Assembly (NCBI GenBank): GCA_963825245.1
Contig: CAWGSJ010000013.1
Coordinates: 226,537-290,536 of the forward strand
DNA length: 64,000 bases
Direction of reading: 5' to 3'
Source of the DNA: an uncultured Acidobacteriota bacterium
GTDB taxonomy: Bacteria; Acidobacteriota; Vicinamibacteria; Vicinamibacterales; CAVVIG01
Under the pieces are notes generated by a model. The model did not search any database and was not told the origin of the DNA. It worked only from the letters and a program-made list of their open reading frames with translations. This document shows positions 19,947-30,083 of this stretch, piece after piece. The stretch's first letter is position 1. Each line of letters starts with the position of its first letter. Both the position numbers and the translations under genes were made by a program.

Positions 19947-19986
19947 TCTGCCGGGGAATTTATCACACGTGGGGGAGGATCGATCT

Positions 19987-20083
19987 GCGTTCTCCGTTCT
20001 ACGTTCTACGTTCTGCGTTCGAAAGCAGAACGATGAACGATGAACGAAGAACGCAGAACGCAGAACGCAGAACGCAGAACGAC
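19987..20083. repeat. Long hairpin of tandem heptamers, (NCGTTCT)x5 - gaaagc - (AGAACGN)x8, between the GDPD gene and pntAB
   Basis: Left arm gcgttctccgttctacgttctacgttctgcgttc and right arm agaacgatgaacgatgaacgaagaacgcagaacgcagaacgcagaacgcagaacg are imperfect reverse complements. Confidence 0.6.
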
Positions 20084-20134
20084 GAAGAGAGCGCTGTAGG
20101 CGACCCGTTCAGGGTCGCCAGCATGCCATCTTCG

Positions 20135-21411
20135 CTACTTCAGACCCATGCAGTTGGCGTAGTACGTCACCGGCGCGGCCCAGTCCGAGAACACGCCGAG
20201 GATGCCGACCTGGCGCGCCAGCACGTCGATCACCTTGTAGAGATCGCCCTCGCGCTTGATGGCCGGGTCGATCGTCTGGTAGTAGAACCCGTTGTTGCCG
20301 TCGGCCAGGATGCCCGAGCGCTCGAGCGTCCAGGTGATGAGGTCGAGGCCGGCCGCCTTGGCGTTGCGCGCGGCCTGCGAGGGCACGATGCGGTTCTGGC
20401 CGTCGAGCGCCAGCAGCGCGAAGGTCGGCGGCGCCCAGATGTTGATCCCCATCAGCTTGTAGCCGGCGAGGTCGGCGAAGGTCGGCAGCTCCGCGACCAC
20501 GTTGGCGTCGTCCAGATACACCGCCTGGCGTGCCGAACGCCGGCTCCCGTTTGATCCAGTAGAGGACGTCGTTGATGTTGAACGACTGCGGGAAGACACG
20601 GCGCGGCGAGACGCCGGCCGCCTTGTACTCGTCGATCATCTTCTGCGCGTACTGCTCCTGCGTGAACCCGTTGAACGGCATCGTCACGCTCGGCACTCTT
20701 CAGCTCTGGCGTCATGCTTCGACGCCGAGCTTCTTGAAGAGCTCGATGCTCTCGGCGTGCGTCAGCAGCTCGCCGCTGGTCGGGCCGGAGTACAGGTCGG
20801 TCCGGAAGTTCGGCGTGCCGCCGAGGAACTGCTGCGGCGTCAAGCGCGCGCGGGTCGAACGCGTCCATCTTGCCGCGCAGGGTCTTGAACTCGGCCAGCG
20901 TGATATCGCTCGTCCGGCACTCGGCCGATGCCGGCTGAAGCAGCGCGCCGCCGGGGGCGATGACGGCCGGCGTGAACGGCTTCGTGCACTTGGCCGGCGA
21001 GCGGCGTCACCAGGATGTTCGTGGTGGTGTGCAGATCGTTCTGCGCGTGGCGGCAGACCAGCTGCGAGATCCTTGGTGAAGGTCACGTCGCATTCGAGGA
21101 TGCCCGCGCCCATGCCGCGCGCCCGCTTCGTACGATTCGCGCGTGTGCTCGGGAAACTGCAGCGCCGCGCCGCGGTGGCCGATTGAGAAATTGCTTTTCG
21201 AGAACGGGCCGGCCGAGCAGCTCTGCAGCTGACGCTTCAGCCAGCTGTCCTCCATGTCGTTGACGAGAAAGAACGGCCGCGGGCCGAGCTGGATGGCCTC
21301 CGACCGATGCCGATGGTCGCGGTCGTCGTCATCGGCGGCCGCGGCGGCGGTCATGCTCGCCGCTCCGGCAAGCGTCGACGCAAGGAGAAGTGAGAGGATT
21401 CGCTGTCGCAT
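20135..21411 (-). CDS. Secreted GlpQ-like glycerophosphodiester phosphodiesterase; at least 3 frameshifts
   Basis: GAAGGAG RBS and signal peptide ([26 protein letters not shown]); [11 protein letters not shown] catalytic motif; GlpQ-like middle and C-terminal pieces ([24 protein letters not shown] ... ITWTLERSG ... [18 protein letters not shown]) in other frames. Confidence 0.75.
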
Positions 21412-21499
21412 CAAGGGGCTCCTTCGCTGGATGGAGTCGGCGCCGTGGACCGGCGCCGACTGACGGAATGTGAGGATGCTAGCGGCGTGGTGTAGCGAA

Positions 21500-21526
21500 C
21501 GGGCAACGGCAGCGTGACGGCAATCG
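21500..21526 (-). promoter_or_regulatory. PHO-box-like direct repeats (minus strand: gattGCCGTCACgctGCCGTTGCc) about 100 nt upstream of the GDPD gene
   Basis: Shares the 12-mer TGCCGTCACGCT with the phytase promoter; a further TGTCAAC/TGTTCGA repeat pair follows at 11-bp phasing. Confidence 0.45.
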
Positions 21527-21562
21527 AACAATTCGTTGACATCGCCGCAACGCCCGGCCCCC

Positions 21563-22666
21563 TTACGGCTGTGGCACGGCGACGCGATTGCCCGGAACGA
21601 TCTGTGGCTCGTACGAGAACACCTCGCGGCTCTTGACGTCGACGACCACCTTGACCCACTGGACGTCGTTCGTGCCGTTCGCCGGGTTGTTGCCGAATGT
21701 CTCGACCCGCGTGAAGTTCTCGAGCCTGCGCCCGGCCGAGTCGAGGAACGGCTTGTCGACGCGGAAGTAATGCGAGTCGCCGTGGACATACGCGACCGGC
21801 TTGCGGAACGCGATCACCTCCGTACGAAGCGCGGCAAGGAAGGCCATGAAGCCGTCGGGCTGGCCGTCCGTCTGGGCCAGCGTGCGCGCGTTGCGAAGCG
21901 GCGCGCGCGTCGGATCCGAAGGATCCCAGCCAGGATTGCCCTGCGTGATCAGCATGATCGCCGCCGATCCCCGCTCCGCCGCGTGCGCGAAGCTCTCACG
22001 CAGCCAGACGATGTTGGCGGCGTTGCGTGCGGCGAACTCCGCCGGATCGGGCGCCGTGTCGCACAGGTTGTTGCAGGAACCCTGGATGTTCAGCGTCGCG
22101 TAGGTGACGCCGCCGATATCCCACCGGCGGTTCTCGACGCAGGGGGCCGGACCGGCCGGTCCGAGGCAGAGCGGCTGCGTCTGCACTTCCTGACGCATCC
22201 GGCGCTGGCCGAGCGAGTACTCGGTGCTGAAGAACAGGCGTCGTTCGTAGTCCAGCCGCTCGAGCGAGTTGAAGCTTCCGGCGGCCGGCCGATCGCAGTC
22301 GGTCCAGTCGTTGTCGCCCGGCGTGAAGATCACCGGCGCCTCGAGCGCGTTGAAGTACGCCAGCGAATCCAGATAGAGCTGGTCGTCACAGCGGCCCGCG
22401 CCGGCCTTGAGATCGCCGTCATGCGCCGTGAACGCCAGCTTCTGCGCGTTCATGTCGGCAATCAGATTCGGCACGCCGACCGTGGCCTGTTCCGGCGAGT
22501 ACGGCAGGTCGCCCCACAGGCCGATGGCGTAGGCGGCGCGCCGCTCGCCCGGCCTGCCACCGTCATTGCTTTGCGCCCCGAGGGTTGCGGCTGCGGCCGC
22601 CCCGAGCAGAACGGCGAGGATGACCAGGGATCGAACTGAATCGGAGACTGAACGGAGTCTGTTCAT
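21563..22666 (-). CDS. Secreted calcineurin-like metallophosphoesterase
   Basis: Signal peptide ([15 protein letters not shown]); GDLPY ... DGDL ... GDND ... HGDSHY fit the metallophosphatase metal-binding motifs. Confidence 0.65.
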   Translation of the reverse strand: MNRLRSVSDSVRSLVILAVLLGAAAAATLGAQSNDGGRPGERRAAYAIGLWGDLPYSPEQATVGVPNLIADMNAQKLAFTAHDGDLKAGAGRCDDQLYLDSLAYFNALEAPVIFTPGDNDWTDCDRPAAGSFNSLERLDYERRLFFSTEYSLGQRRMRQEVQTQPLCLGPAGPAPCVENRRWDIGGVTYATLNIQGSCNNLCDTAPDPAEFAARNAANIVWLRESFAHAAERGSAAIMLITQGNPGWDPSDPTRAPLRNARTLAQTDGQPDGFMAFLAALRTEVIAFRKPVAYVHGDSHYFRVDKPFLDSAGRRLENFTRVETFGNNPANGTNDVQWVKVVVDVKSREVFSYEPQIVPGNRVAVPQP

Positions 22667-22912
22667 GTGCGGCCCTCAGCAGTGGTTGAAAAACGCAGTC
22701 ACCGCCACGAAATCTAGGGAGCCGCCGTAACAGCTTCACGACGAGGGCGACAGAATCGTGTAAACAGTGCAAAGTTCAGCGCGGCCCGGAATTCAGAGTG
22801 ACTCGAAGCTATCTCACAAAACCAGCTGACCTGCGTCGCGAGCGAGCGCGCGAGCGAGCCCCGCGAACGGAGCGCGCCGGCGCCGCGGCGCGCGAGAGAG
22901 CGTGTCGGGGAG

Positions 22913-22933
22913 TCCGAGGGGCGAAGCCCCTCG
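22913..22933. terminator. GC hairpin CCGAGGGG-cgaag-CCCCTCGG, 8 nt downstream of the mgtE(2) stop
   Basis: 8-bp perfect stem; no U-tract, which is common in high-GC genomes. Confidence 0.4.
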
Positions 22934-22940
22934 GGTAAGT

Positions 22941-24371
22941 CTAGAGAAACAGACGAGCCAGCCCCAGGAACAGGAAGAAGCCCATCGAGTCAGTGACGAA
23001 GGTCAGCAGCACGCTCGACCCTTGCGCGGGATCGCGGCCGGACCGTTGAAGCGCGAGCGGCACGAGGACGCCCACCGCTGCGGCGATGACGAGATTCAGC
23101 ATGATGGCGGCCATCATTACCAGGCCGAGCCGCGCCCGCTGGTAGACCAGGCCGGCGAACAGCCCGACCAGTCCGCCAAATATGAGGCCATTGAGCAGGC
23201 TGACGATCATTTCCTTGCGGAGCAGGTGCCGCCGGCTGTCCTGCGTGAGTTGCTCGTAGGCCAGCCCGCGGATGACCAGCGCGACGGTCTGGTTGCCCGT
23301 GTTGCCACCGATGCTGGCGACGATCGGCATCAGCGTCGCCAGCGCGACGAGCTCCTGGATCGTCGATTCGAACAGGCCGATGAACCGCGTCGCGAGGAAC
23401 GCCGTGACGAGATTCACGAACAGCCAGGGCGATCGATTGCGCGCCGAATACCAGATCGGCGCGAAGAGGTCCTCGCCGCTGCGCAACCCGGCCATCGCGA
23501 GCGCATCCTGATCGGCCGTCACCCGGATGAAGTCGACGACCGCGTCGACCGTGAGGCGGCCGACCAGCTTGCCGCGGTCGTTGATGACCGGCACCGACAC
23601 CAGGTCGTAGCGCTCGAAGGCGCGGGCAGCCTGGGCGGCCGTATCCTCCGGGTGGAAGGCCAGCGGATCGGCCTCCATCACCGCGGCGACCGGCGTGTCC
23701 GGCTTCCCGATCACCAGCGATTTCAGGCTGACGGCGCCGCGAAGGACGTTCCGGACGTCGACGACGAACAGGCGGTCGAGATGATCGGGCAGCGCCGTGC
23801 GGGCCTGTAGATCGCTGAACACGTCGGCAACGGTCTGCGAGTCGCGAACCGCCACGACGTCGACGCTCATCAGGCGCCCGACGGTGCTGGGCGGCAGCGT
23901 ATCGGTCTGCTGGAGCAGCTGCCGGTCGGCCTCGTCGAGCGAGCGCCGCACCTGCTCCATCACGTGGGCGGGCAGCTCCTCGGCGATCCAGGCCAGGTCG
24001 TCCGGGTCGAGGTTCGAGACGATCCGCGTCAGCCGGCGCTCGTCGCTTTGATCGATCGCCCACGCGCGCGCGGCCTCGTCCAGCTCGACGAGCGCCTCAG
24101 CCGCCTGGCTGGCATCGAGCGCCGCCCAGGCGTGCTCGCGCGCCTCGGGCGGCAGGTTTTCGAGGACGAATGCCAGGTCGGCCGGATGCAGATCGCGGGC
24201 GCGACGCTGCAGCTCCGCCTCGTTCTGCCGTCGCTGGAGCTGGTCGGCAACGCCGCGGCCGGCTGCGTCCTGCCGGCGCGCCAGCGTCTCGAGGGCGCGG
24301 TGATGCTCGAGCATCGCCGCGATCTCCTCGAGCGTGTGGTGAAGGTTGACCGCCGGTTTTCGGGTCTGCAT
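22941..24371 (-). CDS. mgtE: Magnesium transporter MgtE, second copy
   Basis: Intact 476-aa ORF with MgtE_N, CBS pair and TM domain (ASIGGNTGNQTVALVIRGLA). Confidence 0.8.
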   Translation of the reverse strand: MQTRKPAVNLHHTLEEIAAMLEHHRALETLARRQDAAGRGVADQLQRRQNEAELQRRARDLHPADLAFVLENLPPEAREHAWAALDASQAAEALVELDEAARAWAIDQSDERRLTRIVSNLDPDDLAWIAEELPAHVMEQVRRSLDEADRQLLQQTDTLPPSTVGRLMSVDVVAVRDSQTVADVFSDLQARTALPDHLDRLFVVDVRNVLRGAVSLKSLVIGKPDTPVAAVMEADPLAFHPEDTAAQAARAFERYDLVSVPVINDRGKLVGRLTVDAVVDFIRVTADQDALAMAGLRSGEDLFAPIWYSARNRSPWLFVNLVTAFLATRFIGLFESTIQELVALATLMPIVASIGGNTGNQTVALVIRGLAYEQLTQDSRRHLLRKEMIVSLLNGLIFGGLVGLFAGLVYQRARLGLVMMAAIMLNLVIAAAVGVLVPLALQRSGRDPAQGSSVLLTFVTDSMGFFLFLGLARLFL

Positions 24372-24418
24372 GGACGCTCCAGGGACCCGAGTCTACGCCG
24401 TGAACAGCGATCGATGTG

Positions 24419-24931
24419 TTACGCGGGTGCGGCGGCACGCATCGCCGCGGTCTCCTCACGGTTCGGTCCGTACAGCCCCGGCGCTTCGCCGCCGGCCAGG
24501 CGGCACATGAGCGCCAGCTGCCCGCGGTGATGTACGCCGTGCAAGATGATCATGTCCCACAGGATCTCGCGGATCTGCACCTGCCGTCCGAAGAACGGCA
24601 GCTCGCGATCGAGATCCGCGACCGCGAGCGGGCGGATACGGGCGACTGCTTCCTCGTGGAGGCGCTCGAATCCCGGCGCCAAAGCCTCGACCGTACGCGG
24701 CCGCTCCATGTTCGGTGGCCGGTCCGTCATGTTGAACCCACCGCGTGAGACCCCGTGGCTCATATACGCATCGCCTTCGGCGAGATGCCAGGCGAGCTCG
24801 CCGAGCGAGCGGCCGCCGGCATCGGGACGGAAGTCGTACTGCGAGACAGGAAGCGCGCGCAAGAGCTTCGCGGTGTTGGCCGCCTCCCTGTCCCAGGTTG
24901 TGAGGAAACGTTCGAGCTCGTTAACCGGCAT
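24419..24931 (-). CDS. DinB/YfiT-like metal-dependent hydrolase superfamily protein
   Basis: CAGGAGG RBS 7 nt upstream of the ATG at 24931; LGELAWHLAEGDAY ... HHRGQL His motifs typical of DinB_2. Confidence 0.55.
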   Translation of the reverse strand: MPVNELERFLTTWDREAANTAKLLRALPVSQYDFRPDAGGRSLGELAWHLAEGDAYMSHGVSRGGFNMTDRPPNMERPRTVEALAPGFERLHEEAVARIRPLAVADLDRELPFFGRQVQIREILWDMIILHGVHHRGQLALMCRLAGGEAPGLYGPNREETAAMRAAAPA

Positions 24932-25134
24932 GGATACCTCCTGGAGGGACGTCCGCCTGAAGTCGGACACTACGGTCGGAAGCCTCGAATCATAGCGCGA
25001 ATCGAACCGCGCCGTATCGCTGCACACTCGCGGTGAACGGCGATATCCTGTCACCCGATTGACGACTGACATCGCGGCGCCTCGACTGAACAGTCCCCGC
25101 CAGGTCCTGTTCGCGAGCCACTTCTACAAAGACG

Positions 25135-26619
25135 ATGACCTCTCCCACCACGCTTAAGTCGACCGAGCTCGACGGCGAATTCACCCGTGGCCTCGGCCTC
25201 TTCGACGCGACGGCCGTGGTCGTCGGCTCGATGATCGGTTCGGGTATTTTCATTGTCTCCGCCGACATGGCGCGAAACCTGGGCAGCCCCGGTTGGCTGC
25301 TCGTGGCGTGGCTGATCACCGGCGTGCTCACGGTCACCGGCGCGCTGGCTTACGGGGAGCTGGCCGCGATGATGCCGCGCGCTGGCGGGCAGTACGTCTA
25401 CCTGCGCGAGGCGTACTCGCCGTTGTGGGGCTTCCTCTACGGGTGGACGCTGTTCCTCGTGATCCAGACCGGGACGATCGCCGCCGTGGCCGTCGCGTTC
25501 GCGCGCTTTCTCGGTGTACTCGTCCCGGCCATCTCCGAGCAGCGCTACCTGGTTGCGCCGATCCACCTGTCGTCGGGCTACGCGCTGTCGCTGTCCACGG
25601 CGCAAGTCGTCGGCATCCTGCTGGTTGCGCTTTTGACGTGGACGAACACGCGCGGCCTCGCGTACGGCAAGGTCATTCAGAACATCTTTACGACAGCCAA
25701 GACCGGATCGCTCATCGGCCTCATCCTGGCCGCGATGCTGTTCGGCTGGAACGAGGCGGCCGTCTCGAACAACTTCGGCAACCTGTGGACGGTGCGCCCG
25801 GGCCTTGACGGTACTCTGCCGCTCGCCGCGGCCGGCTCTTTCGGCCTGCTGGTTGCGCTGTGCGTGTCGCAGACCGGGTCGCTCTTTTCGGCCGATGCGT
25901 GGAACAACATCACGTTCACCGCCGGCGAAGTGCGGGAGCCGCGCCGGACGATCCCGATTTCGCTCGTGCTCGGCACGGGCACGGTGATCGGGTTGTACCT
26001 GCTGGCGAACGTCGGCTACCTGGTGACGCTCACCTTCGAGCAGATTCAGCGCGCGCCTGGGGATCGGGTCGCGACGGCGACGGTGGACGCGATCGTTCCG
26101 GGCGCGGGGGTGACGATCATGGCGATGGCGATCATGATCTCGACCTTCGGCTGCAACAACGGCCTGATCCTGGCGGGGGCGCGCGCGTATTACGCGATGG
26201 CGCGGGACGGGTTGTTCTTCCGGCCGGCCGGCGTCCTGAACGGCGCCAAGGTTCCGGCGTTCGCGCTGCTGCTGCAGGGCATCTGGGCGATGTTCCTGAT
26301 TCTGCCGCGTACCTACGACGCGTCGAGCGGCGCCTACGGCAACCTGTACAGCAACCTGCTCGACTACGTGATTTCGGCGGCGCTCATCTTCTATATCCTG
26401 ACCGTCGCCGCGGTGTTCCGCCTGCGGCGGACACGCCCCGACGTCCCGCGCCCGTACCGCGCCCTCGGCTACCCGATCCTGCCTGCCCTCTACATCGCCG
26501 GCGCGACCACCATCCTCACGATCCTGTTCATCTACCGCTCGAGCACGACCTGGCCGGGGCTCGTCATCGTGATCCTGGGACTTCCTGCGTACTACGCCTG
26601 GAGTTCGAAAAAGCTCTAA
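25135..26619 (+). CDS. APC-family amino acid permease
   Basis: Intact 494-aa ORF with 12 TM helices and the GSGIF ... AYGELAAMMPRAGGQYVY signature. Confidence 0.8.
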   Translation: MTSPTTLKSTELDGEFTRGLGLFDATAVVVGSMIGSGIFIVSADMARNLGSPGWLLVAWLITGVLTVTGALAYGELAAMMPRAGGQYVYLREAYSPLWGFLYGWTLFLVIQTGTIAAVAVAFARFLGVLVPAISEQRYLVAPIHLSSGYALSLSTAQVVGILLVALLTWTNTRGLAYGKVIQNIFTTAKTGSLIGLILAAMLFGWNEAAVSNNFGNLWTVRPGLDGTLPLAAAGSFGLLVALCVSQTGSLFSADAWNNITFTAGEVREPRRTIPISLVLGTGTVIGLYLLANVGYLVTLTFEQIQRAPGDRVATATVDAIVPGAGVTIMAMAIMISTFGCNNGLILAGARAYYAMARDGLFFRPAGVLNGAKVPAFALLLQGIWAMFLILPRTYDASSGAYGNLYSNLLDYVISAALIFYILTVAAVFRLRRTRPDVPRPYRALGYPILPALYIAGATTILTILFIYRSSTTWPGLVIVILGLPAYYAWSSKKL

Positions 26620-26651
26620 CACGGCTGCGACCAGCGCCGCGTACGCGGCGG

Positions 26652-26727
26652 CCTGACGAAGAACACACCGAAAACGCAAGTCTCAGGAACCGCGCCGGCT
26701 TGCGATTTTCGGTGTGTTCTTCGTCAG
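26652..26727. terminator. 28-bp near-perfect hairpin (cctgacgaagaacacaccgaaaacgcaag / cttgcgattttcggtgtgttcttcgtcag) between convergent genes
   Basis: Arms are reverse complements with one indel; 18-nt loop; starts 33 nt after the permease stop. Confidence 0.5.
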
Positions 26728-26762
26728 ACCGCGGCCGGTTCCACCGGCCGCGCTGGTCACAG

Positions 26763-26846
26763 CACAGACACGAACGGACACGTACGGTTCGCAGCCGTCG
26801 TGTCGTCCGGGTCCATCGTGTCCGTGTTGAAGCTTTTCGTGACGCA
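26763..26846. mobile_element. Partial copy of the MITE-like element found at 58802-58960
   Basis: 26826-26846 gtgtccgtgttgaagcttttc is the reverse complement of the 58802 TIR (gaaaagcttcaacacggacacga); cacgaacggacacg is also shared. Confidence 0.4.
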
Positions 26847-26851
26847 TTTCG

Positions 26852-28516
26852 TCACGATCGTCGAGGCATGACAAGACTGAGCGAGAGACCGACAAACACG
26901 ACGACTACTGCTCCAATGACGTTGTGCCAAAGGAAGGCAATGGGCGTGAAGGCGGCGACCCACGCCACCACTGACATGCCGGCGATCAGGCCGATGAAGG
27001 CGCCGGTGCCGGTCGCGCGCGAAAACCCGGTCGCCAGGATGAAGACGCCGAGCACGGAACCATAGAAGAACGAACCAATGCGGTTCACGACCTCGATCAG
27101 CGAGCCGAGCTCGGCGGCCCAGACGGCGACGGCGCAGGCGAACAACCCCCACACACCAGTCGCGATTCGCGACACGGCGAGGTAGTGCGAATCGGTTGCA
27201 ACCGGCCTGAACCATCGCCGATAAAAGTCGATCACGGTCGCCGTCGACAGCGAGTTCAGTTCCCCCGCGATCGTGTCGGTCGCCGCCAGCAGGATGGCGA
27301 GGATCAGCAGGCCGACGACCCCGACCGGGATGTGCTCCAGGATGAACCCCGGGATGATGTAATTCACATCGTCGAAGGTGGCGTCCCGTGTCGTCTGGCG
27401 CACAAGCTCCCGCGCCCGGCGGCGGACCTGCTGCACGTCAGCATCGGCGGCGCGAACCGCGTCGCGCCCGCCGTCATCGCCGGCTTGCGCGAAGCGGCGG
27501 GCGACCTCGAGGCGGACGGCGATGGCCGCGTCGTGCTCCTGCCGGAGGGCGGTATATGCGTCGGCTGCATCGCGCCTCAAGCGCGCGTCGGCATCGCTGC
27601 TGAAGATGAGCGGCGGCGCGTTGAACACGTGGAAGACGAACACGAGCACGCCGAGCAGGAGCACGACGGCCTGCATCGGGATCTTCCAGTAGGCACTCAC
27701 CAGCAACGAGCTGCGCGCTTCGTTGACGGACCGGGCGGTGAGAAAGCGCTGCACCTGGCTCTGGTCGGTGCCGAAGTATGAGCAGAACAGAAACAGCGCG
27801 GCGATCGTGCCCGACCAGAAGGTGTACTGGTTGGTCAGGTCGAAGCTGAAGTCGAACATCCGCAGCCGTCCGGTAGCGCCAGCGATCCTGAGGCCGTCCG
27901 TGATGCTGACGTCTGACGGATAACCGACGACGGCCGCGACGATGACGGCGAACAGGAAGAAGACGACCAGGACCATGATCTTGACGTCGGTCCAGGTGAC
28001 GGCCTGCACGCCGCCGAACATCGTGTAGACCACGGCGGGCATGGCGATCAGCAGCGAGGTCGAGGTCAGGTTCAGGTCGAGCACGAGCGACAGCACGACG
28101 GCGGGCGCGGCGACGACGGCGCCGCACGACATGCCGCGTGAGAGCAGGAACAGCAGGCTGGTGAGGCTGCGGGTCTTGGCGTCGAACCGTTTCTCGAGAT
28201 ACTCGTACGCCGTGTAGACGCCCGAGTTGTAGAAAAACGGGACCAGCGTCACCGACAGGATGATCATCGCCAGCGGCAGCCCGAAGTAGAACTGCACGAA
28301 GCGCATGCCGTCGTTGTAGCCCTGTCCGGTCGTACCGATCATGGTGATGGCGCTGAGCTGCGTGGCCATCACCGAGATGCCAGCCGCCCACCACGGAATG
28401 CTCCGCTTGGCGAGCAGGTAGCCGTCGAGCTCGTGGCTGTCTTTGGTTCGCCTCAGGCCGTCGTAAACGATCCAGATGAGGAAAACGCCGAGCAGGGTCC
28501 AGTCAATCCAGTGCAA
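26852..28516 (-). CDS. Sodium:solute symporter family (SSF) transporter
   Basis: Intact 554-aa ORF with about 13 TM helices and a large cytoplasmic loop; SSF-like N-terminal pattern. Confidence 0.7.
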   Translation of the reverse strand: MHWIDWTLLGVFLIWIVYDGLRRTKDSHELDGYLLAKRSIPWWAAGISVMATQLSAITMIGTTGQGYNDGMRFVQFYFGLPLAMIILSVTLVPFFYNSGVYTAYEYLEKRFDAKTRSLTSLLFLLSRGMSCGAVVAAPAVVLSLVLDLNLTSTSLLIAMPAVVYTMFGGVQAVTWTDVKIMVLVVFFLFAVIVAAVVGYPSDVSITDGLRIAGATGRLRMFDFSFDLTNQYTFWSGTIAALFLFCSYFGTDQSQVQRFLTARSVNEARSSLLVSAYWKIPMQAVVLLLGVLVFVFHVFNAPPLIFSSDADARLRRDAADAYTALRQEHDAAIAVRLEVARRFAQAGDDGGRDAVRAADADVQQVRRRARELVRQTTRDATFDDVNYIIPGFILEHIPVGVVGLLILAILLAATDTIAGELNSLSTATVIDFYRRWFRPVATDSHYLAVSRIATGVWGLFACAVAVWAAELGSLIEVVNRIGSFFYGSVLGVFILATGFSRATGTGAFIGLIAGMSVVAWVAAFTPIAFLWHNVIGAVVVVFVGLSLSLVMPRRS

Positions 28517-28540
28517 GGTCGAAGCGCCCCGGGCAGGAGA

Positions 28541-29893
28541 TCACAGCAGCATGCCGGCGATGGTTGCGGTGACGAAGTTGGCGAACGTGCCGGCCAGCAT
28601 CGCGCGGACGCCGAGGCGGGCGAGGTCGTGGCGGCGCTCCGGTGCGAGCGCGCCGATGCCGCCGATCTGGATGCCGATCGAGCTGAAGTTGGCGAAGCCG
28701 CAGAGGGCGTAGGTGGCGATCGTGAACGATTTCGGATCGAGCGAGGCCTTGAGCGGGCCGAGCTGCGAGTAGGCGACGAACTCGTTGAGCACCATGCGGG
28801 TGCCGAGCAGGTTGCCGATGGTCGGCGCGTCGCGCCACGGCACGCCGAGGCTCCAGGCGATCGGCGCGAAGACCCAGCCGAAGATCTGCTGCAGGCTGAG
28901 CCCGGCCAGGCCGAGCAGCGCATTGACCAGCGCGATCAGCGCGAGGAACGAGATCAACATCGCCCCGACGTTGAGCGCCAGCCGCAGTCCCTCGCCGGTG
29001 CCGCGGCCGATGGCGTCGATGACGTTGACGTCGGTCTGCTCCACTTCGAGCTTCACCGTGCCGCTCGTCTCGGGCTGCCCGGTTTCGGGGACGAACAGCT
29101 TCGCCATCATCAGCGTGCCGGGTGCGGTCATGATCACCGCGGTCAGCAGGTGCTGCGCCTCGACGCCGAACAGGATGTAGGCCGCCATGACGCCGCCCGA
29201 GATGTGCGCCATTCCGGCGGTCATCACGGTCATCAGCTCCGATTCGGTCATGCGCGGCAGGAAGGGGCGAATCGTCAACGGCGCCTCGGTCTGCCCCATG
29301 AAGATGCTTGCAGCGACGTTGAGCGACTCGGCGCCGCTGGCGCGCATGAAGCGGCGCATGATGATCGCGAAGATCCGGACGATCACCTGCATGACGCCGA
29401 AGTAGTAGAGCATCGCGGACAGCGCCGCGATGAAGATGATCGTCGGCAGCACCATGAAGGCAAAGATGTTCGCGTAGCGCGAGCCCTCTTCGCCCAGCAC
29501 GCCGGTCATGATCCTCGGCCACACTTCGGGGTCGCCGAGCGGGCCGAACACGAACGACGATCCGACGTAGGCGAAGTTCAGCAGGCGCGTCATCAGCGCC
29601 CCGAGCTGCTGAAAGACCTGCCGGCCGGCCTCGGTCTTGAGCACGACGACCGCGAAGAGCCCCTGGAGCGTCAGTCCCCACGCCACCGTGCGGTAGTCAA
29701 TGGCATGGCGCGCCGACGACAGGCAATAGGCGATCGCAAGAATCAGCGCCAGCCCGGCGATCGGCTGGACACGCGTCGCGCCTCCCAGGCCGATGACAAT
29801 CGCCGCCGCCGCCACCAGCGCCAGCGCACCGAGCGTCGTCAGATCGCGCCGCGTCCACGCCTGGCGAGCGCGTGGCTCCACGCCGACTTCCAC
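28541..29893 (-). CDS. nupC: Concentrative nucleoside transporter (NupC/CNT family)
   Basis: Intact 450-aa ORF; CNT-typical hydrophobic profile and conserved C-terminal region (GFANFSSIGIQIGGIGALAPERR). Confidence 0.7.
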   Translation of the reverse strand: MEVGVEPRARQAWTRRDLTTLGALALVAAAAIVIGLGGATRVQPIAGLALILAIAYCLSSARHAIDYRTVAWGLTLQGLFAVVVLKTEAGRQVFQQLGALMTRLLNFAYVGSSFVFGPLGDPEVWPRIMTGVLGEEGSRYANIFAFMVLPTIIFIAALSAMLYYFGVMQVIVRIFAIIMRRFMRASGAESLNVAASIFMGQTEAPLTIRPFLPRMTESELMTVMTAGMAHISGGVMAAYILFGVEAQHLLTAVIMTAPGTLMMAKLFVPETGQPETSGTVKLEVEQTDVNVIDAIGRGTGEGLRLALNVGAMLISFLALIALVNALLGLAGLSLQQIFGWVFAPIAWSLGVPWRDAPTIGNLLGTRMVLNEFVAYSQLGPLKASLDPKSFTIATYALCGFANFSSIGIQIGGIGALAPERRHDLARLGVRAMLAGTFANFVTATIAGMLL

Positions 29894-29980
29894 AGATCCT
29901 CCTGGTGCCAGTGTTTTAGCCGAACGTTTGTATCACAGGAATAAGAGGCCGAACGAGCGGGAGTGCAACACGCTGCTACC

Positions 29981-30065
29981 AAAATGCAACCACGAAGACG
30001 CGAAGACGCGAAGATGATCTTTGGCGTGTTTTCTTCGAGTCTTCGAGCCTTCGTGGTTGCATTTT
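29981..30065. repeat. About 35-bp-stem hairpin; arms contain tandem octamers (CGAAGACG)x3 and (CTTCGNGN)x3
   Basis: aaaatgcaaccacgaagacgcgaagacgcgaagatga pairs with tcttcgagtcttcgagccttcgtggttgcatttt; lies between the DUF4159-like gene stop and the nupC start. Confidence 0.6.
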
Positions 30066-30083
30066 CGGTGTTCGGTCGGGGCG

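Noticed and set aside
20033-20554. ORF beginning MNDERRTQNAERRTQNDEES
   Set aside because: The N-terminus is just a translation of the AGAACGC heptamer repeat array, and the rest is antisense to the GlpQ-like gene.
22902-24063. Overlapping alternative-frame ORFs (22902-23810 on the plus strand, 22990-24063 on the minus strand)
   Set aside because: Both overlap the intact MgtE gene (22941-24371, minus strand), which has full-length homology. The alternative frames are Arg- and Asp-rich with no motifs.
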